Source: a virus
Lineage: Duplodnaviria; Caudoviricetes
DNA: 64,000 nucleotides
Direction: 5' to 3' (one strand)
Virus record (IMG/VR): IMGVR_UViG_3300032232_001064
Span: 1-64,000 of that record
A program made the translations under genes and the position numbers. The number at the start of each line of letters is the position of its first letter. Position 1 is the first letter of the stretch. Positions 17,930 through 26,502 of this stretch are shown here, in pieces. The notes below the pieces were generated by a model that was not told where the DNA came from, made no database searches, and saw nothing but the letters and a program-made list of their open reading frames with translations.

Positions 17930-18888
17930 TATTCACTTCCTTTCATCTCTGGGGTCTTGTAGTAGTCATACGGATCGCCGGCCGAGTACAGCTCGACAAT
18001 CGCGTGCTCCGCCGCACTGCCGTCGTCAAACAACGGGCACACAGCAAAGAAATTGCACTTCCACTTGCAGTCTCGACTCGGACGCGGATACGCCACATAG
18101 TGGTGATCGCCTCCTTCGTCAAGCGCCTTGCGTACGGCCATCATGTCTCGGACTTCTCCATGAAGCCGGTTCCAGAATGCACGCAATGCGAACGTGTTGT
18201 GTCGAACTTCGATCTGATCATAGAACGGCGGCTTTGCGTTTGCGGTACGCTTGACCTTTTTGAGCATCGTGAAGATGCCGCCATCGCAACGTTCGCCCTC
18301 GGGATTATTCGCTGCTTCAAGGATCATGTACGTGAGGATCTGCTCGTTCATGTGTGCCATGGAACCGAATTCAGCGAACGAACCGCCAACGGTCTTGAAG
18401 TCACGGAAGAGTCGAACACCGTCAGCCTTGCGACGAACACGCATGTCGAGCTTGCCTTGCAGCTCGACTTGGCCACCGAACATCGGCATCGCAATGATTT
18501 CCTCTGTCGAGATCATCTCGAGCTCGGCGTCAATCCCGTCTTCGTCAACCCACTGGAGGTATCCTTCGAGCATGATGCGTCCAAGTTCGGCCTCAGTGTC
18601 GAGTTCGTTTGTGTCACGAAATGACTGGCGAAGAAGGTCGCGATCGTTTTCCACGTGAGCCGCGTACGCATCCAAGAGTGGAATATTCTTGGAGTAGTAG
18701 TCATCCAACGCGGCGTGTACCCGTGAACCGAGTGCGAGCGCGCCGGTGAAATTCTGCTGGAGAGGCTTTAGGTTGCGGTAGTAGTTCAACCACCACTTCC
18801 GTCGGCAATCCTTAAATGTCTGGATTTCACTGTTCGAGATGCGGATAGGCCCGCGAACCTCGACAGGTGTTTCGATGATGTCTGTCAC
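17929..18888 (-). CDS. PD-(D/E)XK Cas4-like/RecB-family exonuclease
   Basis: 'SEIQTFKDCRRKW', 'GKLD', 'DFKT', 'Q...Y', C-terminal 'C.W.C.F..VC'. Confidence 0.85.
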   Translation of the reverse strand: MTDIIETPVEVRGPIRISNSEIQTFKDCRRKWWLNYYRNLKPLQQNFTGALALGSRVHAALDDYYSKNIPLLDAYAAHVENDRDLLRQSFRDTNELDTEAELGRIMLEGYLQWVDEDGIDAELEMISTEEIIAMPMFGGQVELQGKLDMRVRRKADGVRLFRDFKTVGGSFAEFGSMAHMNEQILTYMILEAANNPEGERCDGGIFTMLKKVKRTANAKPPFYDQIEVRHNTFALRAFWNRLHGEVRDMMAVRKALDEGGDHHYVAYPRPSRDCKWKCNFFAVCPLFDDGSAAEHAIVELYSAGDPYDYYKTPEMKGSE

Positions 18889-20681
18889 TTGCGACCTTTC
18901 TCGTCCTTGAGCATGTCAAGAAGCCTTGCCTTGTCTTTCACGATCTGTTCGAAGTTATCGGCCTTCGTGTCGAGCACTTGAATCACGCGCTCCTCGATTG
19001 TGCCCTCAGTGACATAGTCGATGATGAGAACAGAATCGTGAATTTCGCTACCGATGCGGTGCACGCGATCGAGCGCCTGCTTGTAATCAACAAGCGACCA
19101 AGGGCGCTGAAGCATCACCATCTGCCGTGCGGCCGTAAGCGTCACGCCGACGCCTCCAGCCTGTGCCGTAAACAGAATCCACTTGATGCGGCCGTTTTGG
19201 AAATCGTCGATCGCCTGTTGACGTTCGTCCTCGGACTGCGCGCCGGTGATCAACCCATGCGGAATCTTTGCCTTTGTCATTTCATCGCTAAGCAACTCGA
19301 TAAGCTGGCGTGACACGGCGCAGACCGCAACAGAATCATCGCCAAAGTCGCCATTCTTGATGTCGTCCATCAGCGCGTCGACCTTGCATGACGGTGCGGT
19401 TAGCTGCACCTCTGTGGTGCCATCAAACTCGTCGACGGAAATCTCGGCGTATGAACTAGCGAACTGCAGCAACCGGATAGTCTGCGTCAATGGACTAGGA
19501 GCAGTAAGTGCGTCCCCACCTTCAAGTTCTGCAATCATGAGATCGCGCATCTGCTGATACGCTTTCTTTTGCTTTGTCGACATCTCGACATCGCGGCGTT
19601 CCTTGATGACAGGCGGCAGCCACGGCAACACACGTGCTTTCAACATGCGCCGCATACGTGGATTGATTGACGAGTAGAACTCGGATTCCATGTGAGGCTT
19701 GACACCGATGACCATGAGACCGCCAAAGGCGTTCATCATGGTGTCGACCATGCGATCAATCCATCGAGTCTTGCTCGGCCAATCTTCCGGCGAAATCCAG
19801 TGCAAGATCGCCCAGAGGTCGAGAACGTTGTTCGCAATTGGCGTACCTGTGAGAGCAAATCGAATGTCAGCGTCACCGGTTGCAGCCCAAAGCGCACGCG
19901 TCTGCTTGCTCTTCGGTTCCTTTGACCGGTGAATCTCATCAGCTACGACCGCTTTGAAGTCAATGCAGTTCAACTCACGACGATGAACTTCGCAGCGGTT
20001 TTCAGTGACCTTGTCGTCGTGCCCGCCGCAGGCAACGCAGCGCGCAAGCGCGACGGATCCGTAGGATGCGAGCTTCGAGTGAGCGCGAAGAGATTCCCAG
20101 TTGATAACGAACACGTCAGCGTTCTCTTCGAATTGCTTACGCCGAGCAGTAGCAGAACCGCTGATCACCTGCACGTTAGTGCCAGGCCACCACATCTCGA
20201 ATTCGCGCTTCCAGTTCTTCTTCAGCGTGTTTGGGCAGACGACTAGCGCGGGGAAGACTTCTCCGCCTCGGTCTTGAATCTCTTTCAAGGCGCGGATTGT
20301 CTGCGCGGTCTTTCCCAGACCCGGCTCGTCGGCCAGAAGTGCCCGACGCGCCGTAGCCAGAAACTGGACGCCTGCGCGTTGGTGCGGGAACAGTTTCTCA
20401 TCGCCCTCTGCATCTTCTAGATCACGCAACTCGTTGCACGGGTTGATTCTTGTTGTAACTTCGTTCGAAGCCCAGGCCGTGAGCCGTGGACCGATCTGAA
20501 GTTCTGTCTTGAAGACTGAACGAAGCGCCAAGCATGTCGACCACGCGAGTGGGGCACTCCAGTGCTTGTCAGTCGCTGACCATGTCGCGCCTGGAATGCT
20601 CTTGCAGAGCTCCTTGTAGCGCCACTCTGTGTCGATCTTGATCTTCGTCCCTGCGTCATTCAGTTCTACGTCAACCGGCAT
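18885..20681 (-). CDS. SNF2-family helicase with N-terminal HARP-like domain
   Basis: 'LADEPGLGKT', 'VADEIH', 'LTGTP', 'QALDRVHRIG'. Confidence 0.9.
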   Translation of the reverse strand: MPVDVELNDAGTKIKIDTEWRYKELCKSIPGATWSATDKHWSAPLAWSTCLALRSVFKTELQIGPRLTAWASNEVTTRINPCNELRDLEDAEGDEKLFPHQRAGVQFLATARRALLADEPGLGKTAQTIRALKEIQDRGGEVFPALVVCPNTLKKNWKREFEMWWPGTNVQVISGSATARRKQFEENADVFVINWESLRAHSKLASYGSVALARCVACGGHDDKVTENRCEVHRRELNCIDFKAVVADEIHRSKEPKSKQTRALWAATGDADIRFALTGTPIANNVLDLWAILHWISPEDWPSKTRWIDRMVDTMMNAFGGLMVIGVKPHMESEFYSSINPRMRRMLKARVLPWLPPVIKERRDVEMSTKQKKAYQQMRDLMIAELEGGDALTAPSPLTQTIRLLQFASSYAEISVDEFDGTTEVQLTAPSCKVDALMDDIKNGDFGDDSVAVCAVSRQLIELLSDEMTKAKIPHGLITGAQSEDERQQAIDDFQNGRIKWILFTAQAGGVGVTLTAARQMVMLQRPWSLVDYKQALDRVHRIGSEIHDSVLIIDYVTEGTIEERVIQVLDTKADNFEQIVKDKARLLDMLKDEKGRK

Positions 20682-20711
20682 TCATGTCACCTCTTCTCGT
20701 TAGCGAGGATG

Positions 20712-20720
20712 ACTATACCA
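20712..20720 (-). promoter_or_regulatory. Extended -10 promoter candidate (TGGTATAGT)
   Basis: In the 87-bp AT-rich gap upstream of the helicase; gap also has an 8-bp inverted repeat atactaag/cttagtat. Confidence 0.45.
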
Positions 20721-20768
20721 CATACTAAGTCAAATGTATGACGCTTGCAAAATTTTTCTTAGTATCTT

Positions 20769-21239
20769 TTACTGAAGTAGTCTGCGAGGCGTCCAACCGT
20801 GCTTTGCCAGATACAGCAAGGCGTGGCGAATCGCGTCAAGTGCGTGTCCTTCGCCTCCACGGTGCCAGTACTCAAGCTTTTTAAGCGCTTCGTTTGGAAA
20901 CATGCGCTTTGCGTCTGCAGGTGACTGCAGCACAATGCAGTCCGGGTCGATTCCGTTGCTCAAAAGCAGATACTTCAAGATGCCGATCTGCTCAAGGCTG
21001 AACGGCGCCTGCGAATTCTTGACCGTCTGCGCGTTGATCGTGAATCGCTCGCAGACTATTTCGAGGTCGGCGCCAAGCACCATAGCGTCGGTGATCGCGC
21101 GCAAGATTGGCACGTGGTACTCGCGCATCATGTACTCACCAGAGTACAAAAGCTCAGGCTCTCCGTCTGCAAACTTAAACACGCAGATACCGCTCTTCTT
21201 GCCCGGGTCTACTGAAAGTACTAGTCTGTTCACGTCCAT
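20769..21239 (-). CDS. RuvC-like Holliday junction resolvase
   Basis: 'SVDPGKKSG', 'IVCE.F', 'HALDAIRH' RNase H-fold acidic residues. Confidence 0.8.
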   Translation of the reverse strand: MDVNRLVLSVDPGKKSGICVFKFADGEPELLYSGEYMMREYHVPILRAITDAMVLGADLEIVCERFTINAQTVKNSQAPFSLEQIGILKYLLLSNGIDPDCIVLQSPADAKRMFPNEALKKLEYWHRGGEGHALDAIRHALLYLAKHGWTPRRLLQ

Positions 21240-21556
21240 ACCACCCTAGCTACTCCAGCTCGAACGAGCATGCTCTCACACTTCTTGCATGGCTTTGACG
21301 GTGCTGGTTCGCCGTCCGCGCCAACTCTCGCAATGTAGACGTGCGCGCCGGTCGCACGCGAACCGGCAGCAATGATAGCGCCAAATTCCGCGTGGATGTG
21401 CGACACACGCCAAGCGGTGCTTGGGTCACCGACCTTCTTATTTGTCGCCATCGCGATGATACGACCGTTCTTGGCGACGACACATCCATGACGATGTCTA
21501 CACTTGCTCTTAGCTGCAAGCTGCAGCGCCTTTGTCATGTACTTACTTACCGCCAT
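21230..21556 (-). CDS. Small zinc-dependent cytidine/dCMP deaminase-like protein
   Basis: 'HAE' and 'SKPCKKC'; start placed at ATG overlapping polymerase TGA. Confidence 0.8.
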   Translation of the reverse strand: MAVSKYMTKALQLAAKSKCRHRHGCVVAKNGRIIAMATNKKVGDPSTAWRVSHIHAEFGAIIAAGSRATGAHVYIARVGADGEPAPSKPCKKCESMLVRAGVARVVWT

Positions 21557-23379
21557 CAGTATTTGTCTCCCCACGTCTCAAGCGGACCGTCGACGTCAGC
21601 AGTTAGCGGCACAGCCCAACCTTCACGCGTTGTCATGCATTCACGAACAACTTGCATGATCTCGCGGGCGTCCTTGCGCGGCGCCTGTAGCACGATTTCG
21701 TCGTGCACTGGAACGATCAGCATCTCAGTCAGATCTGCTTGGTCGAGCTTTACGAGGTTCGCCTTGAAAACCTCCGCGGCACCACCTTGAATGAGATAGT
21801 TGACAAGCGTGTACACGCGACCTTCGTCGCAAGGAAGTCGCCGACCTGTCCAAGTATAGACGTAGCCTTGGCCTTCCTCGCGAACACGACGCATCCCAAT
21901 GTCTTCAATCTGTCGCTGGAAGTACGCCATTCCAGGGAATCGACGATCAAACTCGTCTGACGTGTGCTTCATTGCGGATTCGTGGACGCCGGCGGTAAGC
22001 GCCTGTTTCGCAACGCCGGCACCGTAAAGACGGCCATAGATCATGCTCTTGATAAGGCCACGGCGCTTATCGGATTTCTGCATGTCTGGCTCGCTGTACA
22101 CTTCACGGCCGATCTCGGTGAACGGATCAGAGCCGGTGCTATCTGCGACGTTGAACAGCGAGATCAGGTTTTCGTCGTTAGAGAGACTCGCAAACATTCT
22201 GAACTCGACCTGGTCAAGGTCAGAGGTGATGATGACGTGATCGTCGTCCTTCGGAATGAAGGCACGACGAACCGTTGCGTCACCCTTTGGCAGTGTTTGA
22301 AGCGCCGGGTTCGTAATCGACATGCGACTTGTTCGAGCGCCGAGCGTCTTTACAGACGGATGCACAAAGCCGTCAACAGATTCAGTCAAGAAGTTGCTGA
22401 AGTACGTGTTCGCAAGCTTGTCAGCCTTGCGCTGCTTAAGAACAGTGTCGGCAAGTGTCTTGACTTCGTCGTTGCCGTCGCGAAGAAGAATCTTCAGCTG
22501 ATCTTTAGTGCATGACTTTTGCCCAGTCGGCGTTGTTTCCGTAATCTCTGCACCAAGGCGCTCGAAAAGCCGAACGAGCTGGACGTTGCTCGTGATCGAC
22601 ACACCTTCATACTTTTGCTTGGCCCACGTCTTTACGCTATTAGTGTATGCGCTCAGCTCATCATACTTCTGGCGTGAGTAGCCAAGGTCAACGCGTGCGC
22701 CGTTGATTTCCATGCGTGTGACGATTCGCCGCGCGGCCATTTCCAGCTCGTACGGACGGCTATACGCGCCGCTAGGGCCGCACTTGTCCCAGAACATTTC
22801 CCACAGTCTGGTCGTCAGCACGCAGTCGAGAGCGCCATATGACCAGTACGGTTGAAAGTTTGTCGGAACTGTTCCCCACGTCCAACCGTTCTTTACGAGC
22901 TCGGTATCGAGCGTCTCTTGAAGAGCCACAGCGCGACTATCGACGTGCAACGCCGCAAGACGCTTTAGCGCGCCGGAACCAAGAGGATCTACGACATGCG
23001 CCATGATCATTGTGTCATGCGCTCTATGCCACGGAATATCCCACCGAGACTGGACATCGAACCATCGCGCCTCAAAGGCGATGTTGTGGCAGATCAACGG
23101 ACCATCGAACTTGTTCATGGCCTCATAGAACACACCTGACCATTCGTCCCACGGAATCGACCAGCCCTGCTCACCGTCACCGACTTGCACAAGTCGAAGC
23201 CGGCCGTGCCATGGAGAAAACGCATGGTCTCGAGGGTTGCCGGGCAGTTCTCCGGTTTCAGTGTCGACAGCCAGCGCGTTGTGCGGCCGTCTTTGCCCAA
23301 TCCAGTGGATGAACTCCGCAGCCTTTTCGACATTGTCGACCAGATGAAGCTGGACGTTGGAAAGATCAGTCGTTGTCAT
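21556..23379 (-). CDS. polA: Family A DNA polymerase (3'-5' exonuclease + polymerase, no 5'-3' exo)
   Basis: Exo 'AVDTETG', 'HNIAFE', 'Y..LD'; motif A 'SDLDQVEFR', motif B 'RGLIKSMIYG', motif C 'VHDEI'. Start moved to ATG 23379. Confidence 0.95.
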   Translation of the reverse strand: MTTTDLSNVQLHLVDNVEKAAEFIHWIGQRRPHNALAVDTETGELPGNPRDHAFSPWHGRLRLVQVGDGEQGWSIPWDEWSGVFYEAMNKFDGPLICHNIAFEARWFDVQSRWDIPWHRAHDTMIMAHVVDPLGSGALKRLAALHVDSRAVALQETLDTELVKNGWTWGTVPTNFQPYWSYGALDCVLTTRLWEMFWDKCGPSGAYSRPYELEMAARRIVTRMEINGARVDLGYSRQKYDELSAYTNSVKTWAKQKYEGVSITSNVQLVRLFERLGAEITETTPTGQKSCTKDQLKILLRDGNDEVKTLADTVLKQRKADKLANTYFSNFLTESVDGFVHPSVKTLGARTSRMSITNPALQTLPKGDATVRRAFIPKDDDHVIITSDLDQVEFRMFASLSNDENLISLFNVADSTGSDPFTEIGREVYSEPDMQKSDKRRGLIKSMIYGRLYGAGVAKQALTAGVHESAMKHTSDEFDRRFPGMAYFQRQIEDIGMRRVREEGQGYVYTWTGRRLPCDEGRVYTLVNYLIQGGAAEVFKANLVKLDQADLTEMLIVPVHDEIVLQAPRKDAREIMQVVRECMTTREGWAVPLTADVDGPLETWGDKY

Positions 23380-23875
23380 TGTTGTCGTCCCTATCCCAGA
23401 AAATAGTGTAGTCGATGCCAGTCTCTTTGAGATACGCAAACACTAGTTCAGGTCGTCTATGAGCGTCATTCTCACTCGCGCGGCAGACGACACGGCGTAT
23501 TCCAGAGTTGCTGATGAGCTTGGCGCACTGCATGCAAGGAACGCCAGTGACGTACAACGTACCACCATCGATGCTCGATCGGTCGACATACAGCAAAGCG
23601 TTCGCCTCCGCGTGGATGGCGGGGCACAGGTCATACGTGTTGTCGAGTGTCCCCTCGCCTCTCGCTCGAGGGCACCACCCAGAACACATGCCGTCGTGAG
23701 GCCACGAAGCAGCAGGCCCGTTGTAGCCTGTTGCTGCGATCCGCTGGTTTCCTGAAACGATGACGGCGCCGATTCGGGCGCGAGAGCAGCGTGACTTTTT
23801 TGCTACGACGTCAGCTACAGCTATCCAGGTATCGTCCCACGAAGGAATGTCATCATTCGTCGTCTTCTGTGTCAT
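23366..23875 (-). CDS. dCMP deaminase (ComEB/DCD type)
   Basis: 'C.R..IGAVIV...TGYNG', 'HAEANA', 'PCMQCAK.I'. Confidence 0.9.
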   Translation of the reverse strand: MTQKTTNDDIPSWDDTWIAVADVVAKKSRCSRARIGAVIVSGNQRIAATGYNGPAASWPHDGMCSGWCPRARGEGTLDNTYDLCPAIHAEANALLYVDRSSIDGGTLYVTGVPCMQCAKLISNSGIRRVVCRASENDAHRRPELVFAYLKETGIDYTIFWDRDDNNDND

Positions 23876-24053
23876 ATTGTTCCTCGTCCGACACCTCGTT
23901 CATTCCCATGACGAGCATTCTCGCTACGAGTTCCAGGGCGTCTCTTCGTGTAAATCCGGCTCGGCGCAGTGTCACATACATCTCATGCATGCTGATTGCC
24001 GCCTCTTCCATCGGCGATGCGTACTCGTAATCGTCATCGCCGTTGTTGCTCAT
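23853..24053 (-). CDS. Hypothetical protein (66 aa)
   Basis: 'HE.Y..L..AGFTR..AL.L' small phage helical protein. Confidence 0.65.
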   Translation of the reverse strand: MSNNGDDDYEYASPMEEAAISMHEMYVTLRRAGFTRRDALELVARMLVMGMNEVSDEEQYDTEDDE

Positions 24054-24913
24054 GTCGCGTTCTTTTGACTGTTCTTATAGAACGCAGAGATCATCGAATC
24101 TGCGTACCAAGCTTCGGCATTGCCAAGAGACTCGTACGCTCTTTGCGAGTAGACAGCTGCAAGTGCGGTCTGCGCCATAGTCTTAATATTATCCCACGAT
24201 GAACCAACGATCGGTGGAGGCGGTGACACAATCTCAGTCTTTTGAAGCTGCGTCGCCGCTTCGAAATTCGTCTCGTAGATGTGAAGCGAACCGACGTGGT
24301 GAGCATACTGACCAGGCTCAATCCCGAGGACACTGGCCATTGCGATCTGCACTCGCGTGAACTGAAAGAAATCATACGCGGCGCCAAGCCACACGTCGTT
24401 CGACCGCATGTACACGCTCATGTTGAGCTTTCCATTGCGTATCCGAAACTGATGCATGACGGTGCACGGGTAGTCTCGCTTATGCGGAGTGTTGTCCTTA
24501 GACGGATCCCAAAGCGTGACGACCGCCTGCCGCGAATCAGTGTCATTTTTGAGCTTTTCGATCACAGCTTCATACTGTCCGCTGGTTCGCGTACCGTACG
24601 ACCCGTGAAACTTGCCGTCTTCTTCTGCGTAGTTCTTAAACTGCGGACCGATCGCGATCACGGTTTCCGGTACCGCAACTCCGCCGAGAAGTTGGCACGC
24701 TTCGACGGCACCAATGCCTGCGACCGGGTTGCGCTTGACGCCGACGGGCAATGTCGCAAAGACGTTGTCGATGTAGACAACCGCGTCTTCAATCTCAAGA
24801 GTGCCGAGCCCTCGAGGAGCTACTCGGTCGCCGTAGATAAGGACATGGTTGACAAGATCAACATAGCCGTTGACGCCGTCTTCGATTTCAATGGACTTTA
24901 TGGAAGCTCCCAA
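24050..24913 (-). CDS. Thymidylate-synthase-fold enzyme with Asp specificity residue (probable dCMP hydroxymethylase/methylase)
   Basis: 'DSRQAV', catalytic 'PCT', 'MRSNDVWLGAAYDFFQF', 'SLHIY'. Confidence 0.85.
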   Translation of the reverse strand: MGASIKSIEIEDGVNGYVDLVNHVLIYGDRVAPRGLGTLEIEDAVVYIDNVFATLPVGVKRNPVAGIGAVEACQLLGGVAVPETVIAIGPQFKNYAEEDGKFHGSYGTRTSGQYEAVIEKLKNDTDSRQAVVTLWDPSKDNTPHKRDYPCTVMHQFRIRNGKLNMSVYMRSNDVWLGAAYDFFQFTRVQIAMASVLGIEPGQYAHHVGSLHIYETNFEAATQLQKTEIVSPPPPIVGSSWDNIKTMAQTALAAVYSQRAYESLGNAEAWYADSMISAFYKNSQKNAT

Positions 24914-25902
24914 TGCGCAAACCTTTCACTGTGAATCTTGTCGTTGAGTGCGAAACTTTCAATCGCTAGACCGTACTCGAACTTATCTCGATGATGAAAG
25001 CGTCGTACGTATTGCGGATGAGGCAGCACGCTATAGCCGTGAGCATGCAGTCCACACGAACGAACTTCTCGCTCGGCCATCCGACCAAGAGCGACGATTT
25101 GTGGACAGCCTAGCGCACCCCACAGCTCTACGAGACGCGCGTCATGAACGTCGCCTGCATTGACAATTCCAACGCTGCGCCACAGACTTTCGGGAAGCGC
25201 GCTCAAAAGAAAGTCGCCAGAGTTTCCGTCAACTGGCATAAATGGAAGGCATGTTACCGACGGGTCATTTCGCTTGTCGCCGACAAGAAGAACTGTAGGC
25301 ATTGCAGATCCGATGTATTCAGGAAATTGAGCAAGAGGCTTCGTAAACTCTGAAACGATCGACGCCACGTGAACAATGTCGGCGGCAAGTGCGCTGAGGT
25401 TGTCTAGTCCTTCTGGTGGAACTACCTCTTGTGCGTTGAATGAACTCATTGTCGCGGCTGACTCGTATCTTGAGAGAATCCCACGAAGGTCTGACGATGA
25501 CACAAAGTCGTCACCGCGAGACGCCAACCTACTCACGATAACATCAAGCGGCTGATGAACCCAGAACTGTGCCACACCACGTGACGCAAGAAACAGCTCT
25601 ACCCAACGCCAACCTGCGACCCCGAGCAGGCCATAGCCGTCTTTGTTTGTTTCTGGCCGCTTTGTCGGCGCGTATGTAATCTCGCCCCAGTGCCACCTAT
25701 CGGCGATCGCGTCCTCGCGCCACGTGTCGAGGTTTTCAATCGAGATGGCGTACTCAGTGAGCGCCCAACGCCTCGTAAGCTCGTCAGGGCGTCCTTTATG
25801 GAACTCTAGAACCTTACTCGACGACGCGTCGAGCAGCTTCTTGATCTCAAGAGCAAGCGAGGACTTACCAGATGCGTCGGTACCCTCAAGTACAATGAAC
25901 AT
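24898..25902 (-). CDS. dNMP (thymidylate-kinase-like) kinase fused to a uracil-DNA-glycosylase-like domain
   Basis: P-loop 'EGTDASGKSS', 'DRWHWGE..Y'; C-terminal 'LVGD','PF....SG.FL','IVALG..A','HPQYVRRF'. Confidence 0.8.
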   Translation of the reverse strand: MFIVLEGTDASGKSSLALEIKKLLDASSSKVLEFHKGRPDELTRRWALTEYAISIENLDTWREDAIADRWHWGEITYAPTKRPETNKDGYGLLGVAGWRWVELFLASRGVAQFWVHQPLDVIVSRLASRGDDFVSSSDLRGILSRYESAATMSSFNAQEVVPPEGLDNLSALAADIVHVASIVSEFTKPLAQFPEYIGSAMPTVLLVGDKRNDPSVTCLPFMPVDGNSGDFLLSALPESLWRSVGIVNAGDVHDARLVELWGALGCPQIVALGRMAEREVRSCGLHAHGYSVLPHPQYVRRFHHRDKFEYGLAIESFALNDKIHSERFAHWELP

Positions 25903-25929
25903 TCGTCTCTCCGTTATAGGTCTGAAGCC

Positions 25930-25938
25930 AGTATAACA
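25930..25938 (-). promoter_or_regulatory. Extended -10 promoter candidate (TGTTATACT)
   Basis: Upstream of kinase gene; GGAG RBS follows. Confidence 0.45.
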
Positions 25939-25961
25939 CAGGTGCGGTTTGGGTTGATGAT

Positions 25962-26438
25962 CTACGGGATCACTTCGACACGGTAGGCAGCTTCAATCGC
26001 TTTGTCGAGCTTCGACGCATCGGCCATAAGTCGTTGCGCAACATGCGTCAGGTATCGCGCGCCGCTGTCGTCGTACTTGTAGAGTGCTTCGAGAACGGCA
26101 TTTGGGTCATCGCTCACCTGAGCCCAGTTACGGTCTTTCTCTGGAAATATTACACCTGCCGCGAGTGAAGGACTGCAGACTTCGCACGGTACTAAATCGC
26201 GAGGGTTGTTGATGTTTCCAACAGGAATTTCCGTGAGGTTGTAGCGCTTTACGAGGTGACACGCGCCGGCATGGTACACCACAGAGACGCCAACTCGAGA
26301 AAGCACATATGACCCATTCTCGGTCTTGTACAGCTCAAACTCGATCCATCGAAGTGAGTCACGGCGCCAAGACGACGATTTACCGAGTAGCTTGCCGTTG
26401 AACTGTAATGTTCTGTCGCCGTCTTTGACCTGAATCAT
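25962..26438 (-). CDS. Conserved-type phage hypothetical protein (158 aa)
   Basis: Clean ORF with GAAGGA RBS; 'RW.EF.LYKT..GSYVL'. Confidence 0.65.
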   Translation of the reverse strand: MIQVKDGDRTLQFNGKLLGKSSSWRRDSLRWIEFELYKTENGSYVLSRVGVSVVYHAGACHLVKRYNLTEIPVGNINNPRDLVPCEVCSPSLAAGVIFPEKDRNWAQVSDDPNAVLEALYKYDDSGARYLTHVAQRLMADASKLDKAIEAAYRVEVIP

Positions 26439-26502
26439 TGTCTGTTGTCATCCTTCCAGAGATCTATCCACATTGTAATCTATTCACGACGCGCTGTGCG
26501 CA

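Noticed and set aside
17929-18888. Cas4-like gene as sign of a CRISPR-Cas system
   Set aside because: No repeat-spacer array or other cas genes; context is a standard phage recombination module.
21556-23439. ORF-track start at 23439 for PolA
   Set aside because: Would overlap the dCMP deaminase by 74 nt; ATG 23379 gives a typical short overlap.
24050-24913. Annotation as canonical thymidylate synthase (thyA)
   Set aside because: The specificity position is Asp (YDFF), not Asn, which points to dCMP.
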